Source: a virus (lineage: Duplodnaviria > Caudoviricetes). Taken from it: a DNA stretch of 32,688 bases. Positions 9,509 through 16,191 of the stretch are shown one piece after another (position 1 is the stretch's first letter; the number at the start of each line of letters is the position of its first letter). The DNA lies in the IMG/VR virus record IMGVR_UViG_3300033412_000048, positions 1 to 32,688 of that record; one strand, written 5' to 3'. The position numbers were made by a program, and so were the translations under genes. The notes beneath the pieces are model-generated. The model ran no database searches. It was not told the DNA's origin and saw only the letters and a program-made list of their open reading frames with translations.

Positions 9509-9892
9509 CTACTCCTTGGCCTTGCCCTGCCGCGTACGCGACGCGGCGGGGGCGTTCTGTTCGGCGTCGTTGCTCTGCTGCTGGTTGAGACTGGCCTGCG
9601 CAGCGGCGGCGCGGGCCTGGTCCGCAGCATAGGCGTCTTCGCCGACGCTGGCGGATGGCAGGTCGGAGGCCTTCTCCCCATCGTTTTCGATCTTGTCGGG
9701 CCAGCGGTCGGCGCGCTCTCCGTCGAACGCGTCGGCCACATCCTGCGGAACCCGGAAGGACAGACCCGCATCGTGCTCGCCGCGCACGGCCTCAACGGTC
9801 CGGGCGTCGTAGCCCTTCTCGCTGGCCAGCTCCAGCAGCCGCGCGGCCACCTCGCCTTCCGGCTCGTGCCGGTTGGTGATTACTACTGCCAT
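9509..9892 (-). CDS. Hypothetical virion-module protein
   Basis: 127 aa; RBS AAAGGAG; lies between the capsid and tail genes. Confidence 0.7.
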   Translation of the reverse strand: MAVVITNRHEPEGEVAARLLELASEKGYDARTVEAVRGEHDAGLSFRVPQDVADAFDGERADRWPDKIENDGEKASDLPSASVGEDAYAADQARAAAAQASLNQQQSNDAEQNAPAASRTRQGKAKE

Positions 9893-9938
9893 GATCGACT
9901 CCTTTGCTTGTCGGTGACCACGGTGTACCCCATCAGAG

Positions 9939-10877
9939 TCACCACTGCACCGTCGCGACAGGGGTCGTGCTAGTCGTTGCCGTCATGGCGTTGAGGGCGA
10001 CCAGGACGAAGAACGCCACGCAGTCAACGGTGATCGCGTACGCCTGCTGTCCGGCCGTCTGCCACGCGTTGCCGGACCGGTCGAACGACTTCTCGGGCGG
10101 GCTCACCCACACCTTGTCGTCACGCCACACCGTCACCGCGCCGGTGGCCACCATGTAGGCGGTGCCCGCCGCCGGGGCCGTCGCATCGTTGTTGGGCTTG
10201 TTGCCGGAGTAGCCCCGGCCGAACGACCACACGTTCCCCATCGGCGTGAACTGCACCCCCGACGGACCCCGGGGGGCCTGCACGGGGGTCGGTGCGAGCA
10301 TCCGTTCGGCCGCGAACGGGGCCACCAGCGGCCGGGCGTGGATGATGCCCGGATAGCTGTACTGGGCGAGCGCATCTTCGAGCAGACCCAAGCCGTACTC
10401 GATCGTGACCGGGGTGCCCGGCGTCGGCGTGACGTCGAGGATGCCCGTGCCGCCGTTCAGCTCGGCCCGCTGAAGGGCAGGCTGAACATCGGCGTTGCCG
10501 CCCCAGAACGCCTGCTCGGCGACGTACTGCGCGTTGTCGTTGAGCCGCACCCGGACCCGGCGCTCCACCTCGGCGGCGTCGTACGGGAACGCGCTGGTCT
10601 TCAGGCTGGCAACAACCTGAAACGGCAGGCCGACGGCCGTGCCGTCACAGCCGTCCAGCGGGATGACCCCGCCGTTGACGGTGTGTTCGGAGCAGGACGC
10701 GGCCGCCCACAGGTGGGCCTGCCCGCAATGCTCCTCCAGGTATTGCACGCCGCCCACGTCGCCGTGATCCGGCATCGGGAACGGGCCGTTGGCGGCCGCG
10801 AAAAGACCGTAACGGATGTTGCCGACGGCGGGCTGCGGTACGTATACCGGCCCGGTCATCGGTGTGAGAGCAACCAT
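9939..10877 (-). CDS. Second capsid protein (pentamer-type) or minor capsid protein
   Basis: 312 aa following the large capsid gene; YGLF.AA, EQAFW.G, TPMGN.W.FG.GY and ATGAVTVWR motifs; RBS AGGAGGGG. Confidence 0.7.
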   Translation of the reverse strand: MVALTPMTGPVYVPQPAVGNIRYGLFAAANGPFPMPDHGDVGGVQYLEEHCGQAHLWAAASCSEHTVNGGVIPLDGCDGTAVGLPFQVVASLKTSAFPYDAAEVERRVRVRLNDNAQYVAEQAFWGGNADVQPALQRAELNGGTGILDVTPTPGTPVTIEYGLGLLEDALAQYSYPGIIHARPLVAPFAAERMLAPTPVQAPRGPSGVQFTPMGNVWSFGRGYSGNKPNNDATAPAAGTAYMVATGAVTVWRDDKVWVSPPEKSFDRSGNAWQTAGQQAYAITVDCVAFFVLVALNAMTATTSTTPVATVQW

Positions 10878-10903
10878 GCCTTCCCCCTCCTTTCCCGAAG
10901 GTG

Positions 10904-10960
10904 GACCCCGGGGCCGCCGTTGCGATCTGAGCGATCAAGCTGCGGGCGGCCCCGGGGGTC
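10904..10960 (-). terminator. Long hairpin between the two capsid genes (possible attenuator or mRNA stabiliser)
   Basis: GACCCCGGGGCCGCC ... GGCGGCCCCGGGGGTC inverted repeat. Confidence 0.5.
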
Positions 10961-10964
10961 TCGC

Positions 10965-12845
10965 TTACGGGTTGGACGGGAAGACGGCGAAGGTGCCGGT
11001 GGAGGCGAGCGCCTGCGCGTTCAGCGCGTACGCCGCCGCGCCGTCCGGGATCAGGCCACCCGTCGCGGTGCCGATGGTGTAGACCCGGCTGTCGAAGCAC
11101 GTCTTCGCGGCCAGGATGCCCTGCTCGGTGAAGAGCTGGGTGGTCTTGTTCTGCGCCAGCAGCGTCGAGTCGTACACGGTGTCGAGGGTGATGATGTCGG
11201 CGTTGCCGCGCACCCACGTACCGGCCGCGTACAGCAGGATCTGGAGCGTGTGCGGCCAGTCCTGCACGAAGTTGCTCGACGTCGGGTCGGTGCCGAACTG
11301 CTGCCACTGCGACGGGGCCCCCGTCGGGTAGGCCGCCCAGTAGAACGCGTCCTGCCAGTCGTACACCCACTGGACGCGAGCACCACGGACGGTCAGCCAT
11401 TCGGTCATCCGCTGCATGGTGACGGCGTACTGGTCGGATCCGTCACCGTCGTAGAACGCCTTGCGCGTGATGTCCGCGCGGATCCACGACTGCACCCAGT
11501 AGGGGAGCACGATTTCCAGGGTGCTGTTGAGCTGCATCCGCTGGCGGTACTTGTAATCCTGGATGGCCATGTCGAGCGCGCCCAGCAGGGTGGACACGAC
11601 GGAGTGGTCGGAGTACCAGGTGGTGCCGAGGCCGGGGGTGTGGCTGGCGACGTTGCTCGGGAGGCTGAGCGCGGTCGAGCCGGTCACCAGGGCGTTGATC
11701 ATGAACTGGTTGATCTTGTGGGTGTGCGCGACCATCGCGCCCCGCACGAACCGGGCGATCAGCTCCGGGTAGCCGCGAAGCTGAAGCAGGTCCGTCTGGA
11801 TCGCCAGACCGTCCGCCTCCAGCCGCGTGTCCGTGAAGCTCGGGCACGGCACGGACATCGTCGGCTTCGTGACACCCGAGATGATCTGTGCCTCGGTGTA
11901 GTGGAAGTAACCGGCACCAGAGTAGATCGACGAGAAGTCCGGGCCGGTCGTGTACTTGATGCCGCCCCGCGAGACGTTGATCTCCGGGATGTCCAGCAGG
12001 CCGTCGGACGACTCCAGCTCACACAGGTCGTACAGCACCTCGGACGGCGCGCACCAGCCGGTACCGGCGGCGGTCAGGCTGTTGCCACCCTGGGCCTCGA
12101 TCCGCTTGCGCGTGAGGTTGATCGACGCGAGCAGGGATCCGCCGGGAAGGCGCTTCTCGCTGGCCGCGTAGTCGATGACCGCCGTCGCGTCCTCCTGGAG
12201 GCCACCCGAGGCGACGAGCTCCTTCGGGTAGTCCAGCTTGAACTGGGCGATGGAATGCCGCTGTGCAGCGCCGCCGCCGCCCATCGCGCTGTACTGCTGG
12301 AACCGCTTCTCGACAAGCTTGCCGACCTTGTTCCAGTCCAGTTCCTCGCCCATGGGGACGTCGTTGTTGGCTCCGGCGAGGATGACGGCCGGGGTCCGCT
12401 GCGGGACCGTCTCCGCCGGAACGGCTGCGGGAGCCGTCTGGGACGCCACGGCCGCGACGCCAGGGGTGGGCGGCTTCGCCGCTGCCGCCGTGGTGGTCGC
12501 TGCGGGGGCGGCCGGGGCGCTGGCCTCCGTGCTGCCCGCGTCACCGGCGTCCGGCTCGTCGTCCGGCTCGTCCTCGTCGCCAAGGCTGTCGGTGAGGGCG
12601 GCGAACGCGCCTGCGGCACCGCTGCGCTTGGAGCGCTCCGCGTTCACGCCCTTCGTGATCTGGGTCAGCTCGCGCATCGTCTCGACGTCTTCGGGCGAGA
12701 CGTCGGAAATCTCCATGTCCGCGTACTGCGCCGCCGCCTCGCGAATCTGCGAGCGAATCGAAGTCAGGTCCTCCGTCGAATACGACGAAAAGACATAATT
12801 GCCTTTGTCGTCCTTCGGCGGCACCTGGAAAGGCAGGTTAGGCAC
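10965..12845 (-). CDS. Major capsid protein (hexamer-type) with N-terminal scaffold-like region
   Basis: 626 aa; SLTAAGTGWCAPSEVLYDLC, RGGIKY, QWVYDWQ and LFTEQG motifs of cluster-B-like capsids; acidic/Ala-Pro-rich N-terminus. Confidence 0.88.
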   Translation of the reverse strand: MPNLPFQVPPKDDKGNYVFSSYSTEDLTSIRSQIREAAAQYADMEISDVSPEDVETMRELTQITKGVNAERSKRSGAAGAFAALTDSLGDEDEPDDEPDAGDAGSTEASAPAAPAATTTAAAAKPPTPGVAAVASQTAPAAVPAETVPQRTPAVILAGANNDVPMGEELDWNKVGKLVEKRFQQYSAMGGGGAAQRHSIAQFKLDYPKELVASGGLQEDATAVIDYAASEKRLPGGSLLASINLTRKRIEAQGGNSLTAAGTGWCAPSEVLYDLCELESSDGLLDIPEINVSRGGIKYTTGPDFSSIYSGAGYFHYTEAQIISGVTKPTMSVPCPSFTDTRLEADGLAIQTDLLQLRGYPELIARFVRGAMVAHTHKINQFMINALVTGSTALSLPSNVASHTPGLGTTWYSDHSVVSTLLGALDMAIQDYKYRQRMQLNSTLEIVLPYWVQSWIRADITRKAFYDGDGSDQYAVTMQRMTEWLTVRGARVQWVYDWQDAFYWAAYPTGAPSQWQQFGTDPTSSNFVQDWPHTLQILLYAAGTWVRGNADIITLDTVYDSTLLAQNKTTQLFTEQGILAAKTCFDSRVYTIGTATGGLIPDGAAAYALNAQALASTGTFAVFPSNP

Positions 12846-12947
12846 TGCTTTCTCTCTTCACTTCGAGCGTTCGGCCGGACCGTGGCAGCGCCGATACACC
12901 TGCCGGGGATCATAGCCGGTACCGTGCACGAAACGGAGGAGGACCGT

Positions 12948-13967
12948 ATGGAATCAGCTACGCCCGGCGGCGGAGAGCGGCCGCACTTCACCCCGGAAGC
13001 AGTGCAAGCGGCCGCCGAACTGGCCGCCGCCCTGAACCCCCGCGCCGGGGAGAAGGTGTGCATCGGCGTCCCGCACCTGAACGAGGCGGGCTGGAACTTC
13101 GTCGAGTCGGTCATCCGGGTGGCCGCCTACGACAAGGCTCACGGCAACCACCTGCTGCACAACTCCGGCCTGATGAACAACGGTGCGCTGGCGGCCGTGT
13201 GGGGCCGGTCCATGGAGCTCGCCCACGCACGCAACACCGCCACCGCCGCGTTCCTGTCCAGCGACTCGGACTGGCTGCTCTGGTGGGACTCGGACATCGG
13301 CGTCGAAGAGGACGCCCTGGAGAAGCTGATGTCGGTCGCCGACCCCGACACGGCACCCATCGTGGGCGGCCTCTGCTTCGTCGAGGGCGACTACACGCAC
13401 GACTTCCGGGGCGGCCTGCGTTCCAGCCTGGCACCCACCCTGTATGACTGGTCCTGGGTGGAACCCAAGTCGGGCATGCCGGGCTCCTACAAGCTGGCTT
13501 CGCGGCCGGACTGGCCCCAAGACGAGGTGACCCGGGTCGGTGCGACCGGCACCGGCTTCCTCCTGACCCACCGATCGGTGTACGAGAAGATCAGCGCCTG
13601 GTCTGTGGGCCAGGGCGCACCGGCGCACATCTGGTTTGAACGCATCCCGGGCCCGGACGGCGAGAAGTGCGGGGAGGATATCTCCTTCTGCCTGCGCGCC
13701 CACCAGGTCGACGTGCCTGTTCTGGTGCACACGGGTGTGACGACAACCCACCAGAAGACTGTCTGGTACGGGGTGCCGGAGTACCGGTCGAAGCCGTTCC
13801 CGCCGCCCAAGGCGAGCATCCTGCCGCTGCCGCCGAACCAGTGGCCGAAGCTGGTCATCAACCGCAACGCGGCGGCGGACGCGGCCAAGGACTCGCCGAT
13901 GACGGACCAGCGGGAGGGCGGCAAGATCGAAAACGAGGCGGCCCCGGACGGGTTTGCTAACGTCTGA
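12948..13967 (+). CDS. GT2-family glycosyltransferase (~339 aa)
   Basis: 3' part of ORF 10338..13967; RBS GGAGGAGG before ATG at 12948; ARN, WLLWWDSD (DxD), ATGTGFLL.HR.V and GEDISFC motifs. Confidence 0.85.
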   Translation: MESATPGGGERPHFTPEAVQAAAELAAALNPRAGEKVCIGVPHLNEAGWNFVESVIRVAAYDKAHGNHLLHNSGLMNNGALAAVWGRSMELAHARNTATAAFLSSDSDWLLWWDSDIGVEEDALEKLMSVADPDTAPIVGGLCFVEGDYTHDFRGGLRSSLAPTLYDWSWVEPKSGMPGSYKLASRPDWPQDEVTRVGATGTGFLLTHRSVYEKISAWSVGQGAPAHIWFERIPGPDGEKCGEDISFCLRAHQVDVPVLVHTGVTTTHQKTVWYGVPEYRSKPFPPPKASILPLPPNQWPKLVINRNAAADAAKDSPMTDQREGGKIENEAAPDGFANV

Positions 13968-13983
13968 CCCGGGGAAACATAGA

Positions 13984-14018
13984 AGGACGGCCCCCGCCGG
14001 TTCGGTGGGGGCCGTCCT
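13984..14018. terminator. Bidirectional hairpin terminator
   Basis: AGGACGGCCCCC / GGGGGCCGTCCT stem between convergent genes. Confidence 0.7.
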
Positions 14019-14050
14019 GTGTTCGCGTTCGGTTCGTGGCGGTCCGGAGT

Positions 14051-14239
14051 CTACGCGCCGCCGCGCCCCTTGCGTAGCTTGCGGGCCTTGTGCGGGGCTG
14101 CGAGCGGGGTGCGCACGCCGTCGGTCTGGCCGCCGACGATCTTCCCGCTCGTCGAGGTGCAGGGCTCGCCAGTCTCCGCCCGGCAGATCTGCGAGCACTT
14201 CCGGTAGTCGTTCCAGTCGGTTGGGAGGGGGAGGTTCAT
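14051..14239 (-). CDS. Small zinc-finger-like protein
   Basis: 62 aa with C-x3-C-x7-C...H pattern (CSQICRAETGEPC...PH.AR); ATGA-coupled to the upstream gene. Confidence 0.65.
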   Translation of the reverse strand: MNLPLPTDWNDYRKCSQICRAETGEPCTSTSGKIVGGQTDGVRTPLAAPHKARKLRKGRGGA

Positions 14240-14478
14240 CGTGCCGCCTTCGGGGTGGCGCGGATCATCCGGAACTTGCGCAGTTGCCGCGCGGAGGGCT
14301 CGCAGACGGACAGGCCGACGCCCCAGCCCTTAGTCCCGGGCCAACGCTTGTCCAACGCACCGCCGTTCATGGCGGCGAACTTGTAGGCCGCCGCCATGGC
14401 GATGGTGACGTCATCGGCCTGGATCAGAATGGCTTGCGGCTGGTAGTTGACGTAGAACAGCTCGGCCATGAACACCAT
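14236..14478 (-). CDS. Hypothetical protein
   Basis: 80 aa; RBS GGAGGGGG; lies downstream of the 14517-14547 promoter. Confidence 0.65.
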   Translation of the reverse strand: MVFMAELFYVNYQPQAILIQADDVTIAMAAAYKFAAMNGGALDKRWPGTKGWGVGLSVCEPSARQLRKFRMIRATPKAAR

Positions 14479-14516
14479 CTTGGTTTCCCCCTCCAGGCGC
14501 TTCCTTGTATGCCATA

Positions 14517-14547
14517 AGCATACGCTCTACTTGACGGTGGTGTCAAG
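14517..14547 (-). promoter_or_regulatory. Sigma70-type promoter TTGACA-N18-TATGCT with overlapping palindrome CTTGAC-GGTGGT-GTCAAG
   Basis: Read directly; same architecture at three other loci. Confidence 0.8.
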
Positions 14548-14740
14548 CTTTCGTGAGCTGGCACTTCGGACAGATACGCACATGCAGTTCCTTACCGGTT
14601 TGAGAGGTTCCGTCGTAGACGAGCCAGCCGCGCGCCCGGAGCCTGTCATTGGACGCCCAGGCTCCGACCAGGCATCTGTCGCATGCCTGGTGCTCGCGCT
14701 TCGGGTCCGAGTCGGCGATCTCGAAGAGGGCGTCGGTCAC
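14543..14740 (-). CDS. Small CxxC...CxxC zinc-binding protein (~65 aa)
   Basis: C-terminal part of ORF 14543..15430; GTG start overlaps the upstream TGA; CDRC and CPKC motifs. Confidence 0.6.
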   Translation of the reverse strand: MTDALFEIADSDPKREHQACDRCLVGAWASNDRLRARGWLVYDGTSQTGKELHVRICPKCQLTKA

Positions 14741-14823
14741 GGCCACCACCGCCCGGCGTAGCTGATCGCTGCGGCCAGGGCCGGTATGCCGACGACGACC
14801 ACGGCCAAGGATCCGATGCCCAT
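14737..14823 (-). CDS. 28-aa single-TM peptide (MGIGSLAVVVVGIPALAAAISYAGRWWP)
   Basis: RBS AGGGAGG before ATG; GTGA-coupled to the next gene; not in the ORF track. Confidence 0.55.
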   Translation of the reverse strand: MGIGSLAVVVVGIPALAAAISYAGRWWP

Positions 14824-14847
14824 GCTGGCCTCCCTCTGTATGTCGTA

Positions 14848-14890
14848 AGCCTACGCCGGGTTGCGCCAGGCCGCAAGGAAGGTGTATGCT
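14848..14890. promoter_or_regulatory. Overlapping divergent promoters (+: TTGCGC-N18-TATGCT; -: TTGCGG-N17-TAGGCT) around palindrome TTGCG-N6-CGCAA
   Basis: Read directly; sits at the divergence point of the accessory island. Confidence 0.6.
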
Positions 14891-15013
14891 ATGAGCAGAC
14901 AACTGAATCGGGGGCCGGTCAGGACCCCCGGCGGAGAAGGCGATCGAGTCGCGCCGCTGGGCCACAGAGCCTGACCAGGCCCCCACCTCATTCACCGGCA
15001 GGAGGAGGACGAC

Positions 15014-15271
15014 GTGGAACACACCCCCGAGACTGGCCAGCAGTACAGATGGGCCGTCAGGACCACCATGGAATACCTGAACGGAAACGGTGACGTCGAG
15101 GACACCGTTAGCGACATCCGCGAATGCACGTCCGAAAGGGACGCCCGGGACCGGCATCAGGCGATCCAGAACACGCTGGCCCGGCCTAACCGGACGCACC
15201 CCAAATACCAGCGCATCGCGGCATCCGCCCTGGTCCGTCAGCCACTCGGCGAGTGGGAGACGGTGGAATGA
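15014..15271 (+). CDS. Hypothetical protein
   Basis: 85 aa; RBS AGGAGGAGG before GTG. Confidence 0.7.
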   Translation: MEHTPETGQQYRWAVRTTMEYLNGNGDVEDTVSDIRECTSERDARDRHQAIQNTLARPNRTHPKYQRIAASALVRQPLGEWETVE

Positions 15272-15504
15272 GCGGATCCTGGAAGGGCGACAGCAACCCC
15301 GGCGGGCCCGGCGGCAGGACGCGGAAGATCCAGACAAACGTCCCGCGCGGCCAAACCTCACACCGCGCAGGTGGCAGCAAGCCGCCCGAGAAGAAGTGTT
15401 GCCCGATGGTGGCGGCGGCCGCCTCGGCACGGCGAGGCAAGTACCGGCTGGCGCGGCGGTATGCCTGGATGTCGGTGCGCCTCATGTCCGGCTGGCTTGT
15501 CTAA
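15268..15504 (+). CDS. CCPM-motif basic small protein, paralog 1 (78 aa)
   Basis: ATGA overlap; KPPEKKCCPMVAAAASARRGKYRLARRYAWMSVR. Confidence 0.75.
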   Translation: MSGSWKGDSNPGGPGGRTRKIQTNVPRGQTSHRAGGSKPPEKKCCPMVAAAASARRGKYRLARRYAWMSVRLMSGWLV

Positions 15505-15713
15505 TGGGCCGCTGGTGGCCGGACCCAGAACCGGCAGGCGGGCCTCTGCCGCCGCCCAACCACGGCCGGAAGCCGCCCGCACCCAAGCCGCACCGCGATT
15601 CCGGGGGCTGCTGCCCGATGATCGCGGCGGCCCGATCAGCCCGGCGCGGGCAGTTCAGGCTGGCCCGGCGGTACGCGACCATGTCGGTGCGGATCATCGC
15701 CGGGAGGGCCTGA
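15504..15713 (+). CDS. CCPM-motif basic small protein, paralog 2 (69 aa)
   Basis: TAATG coupling; GGCCPMIAAARSARRGQFRLARRYATMSVR. Confidence 0.75.
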   Translation: MGRWWPDPEPAGGPLPPPNHGRKPPAPKPHRDSGGCCPMIAAARSARRGQFRLARRYATMSVRIIAGRA

Positions 15714-15961
15714 TGGGGCACGACTGGGACGACGTCCCGAAGTGGCGTAAGCAGGGCCGCACCGGGCCGGGCCCGGCCGCGCCCCGGTATTCGTCACGCA
15801 GGGACCGGGCGACGGTGCGGCGCGGCGGGAAGCCGGGCAAGCCGCCGGAGAAGAAGTGTTGCCCGATGGTGGAAGCTGGCCGGGCCGTCAGGCGGGGCCG
15901 GTTCCGGCTCGCAAGGCGGTACGCGCTGCTCTCGCTACGGCTGATCGCGAAAGGCGCATAG
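15713..15961 (+). CDS. CCPM-motif basic small protein, paralog 3 (82 aa)
   Basis: TGATG coupling; KPPEKKCCPMVEAGRAVRRGRFRLARRYALLSLR. Confidence 0.75.
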   Translation: MGHDWDDVPKWRKQGRTGPGPAAPRYSSRRDRATVRRGGKPGKPPEKKCCPMVEAGRAVRRGRFRLARRYALLSLRLIAKGA

Positions 15962-15965
15962 GAAT

Positions 15966-16009
15966 GCAGAGAGGCCCGGCCCCGGGGAAGGGGGGCCGGG
16001 CCTCTCTGC
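15966..16009. terminator. Bidirectional hairpin terminator
   Basis: 18-bp stem GCAGAGAGGCCCGGCCCC / GGGGCCGGGCCTCTCTGC between convergent genes. Confidence 0.75.
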
Positions 16010-16017
16010 GTGCGTTT

Positions 16018-16176
16018 CTAGCTGGTCTTGCGCCAGGTAGCACCGGGCACCCTGGCCGCGTACACCTTCGGCTCGGTCTCACGCACGGCGGTGAACCGCT
16101 TGATCAGATTGCCCTGGGCGTCCAGCACCTCGTAGTTGCCGAGGCCGGACCCGCCACCTCCACAGTTACAGGCCAT
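16018..16176 (-). CDS. Small MACNCG protein (52 aa) downstream of the maturation protease
   Basis: RBS AGGAGGAGAAG; MACNCGGGGSGLGNYEVLDAQG...; such M-x-C-x-C-G small genes commonly follow the protease in this phage type; not in the ORF track. Confidence 0.75.
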   Translation of the reverse strand: MACNCGGGGSGLGNYEVLDAQGNLIKRFTAVRETEPKVYAARVPGATWRKTS

Positions 16177-16191
16177 TGCTTCTCCTCCTGC

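Noticed and set aside
10338-12947. N-terminal 870 codons of the 1209-aa plus-strand ORF
   Set aside because: Antisense shadow of the capsid genes; the credible gene starts at ATG 12948 after a strong RBS
14891-14974. 27-aa ORF starting immediately after the plus-strand -10 box
   Set aside because: The ATG abuts the -10 hexamer, too close to be transcribed from it, and has no RBS; a structured leader is the simpler reading
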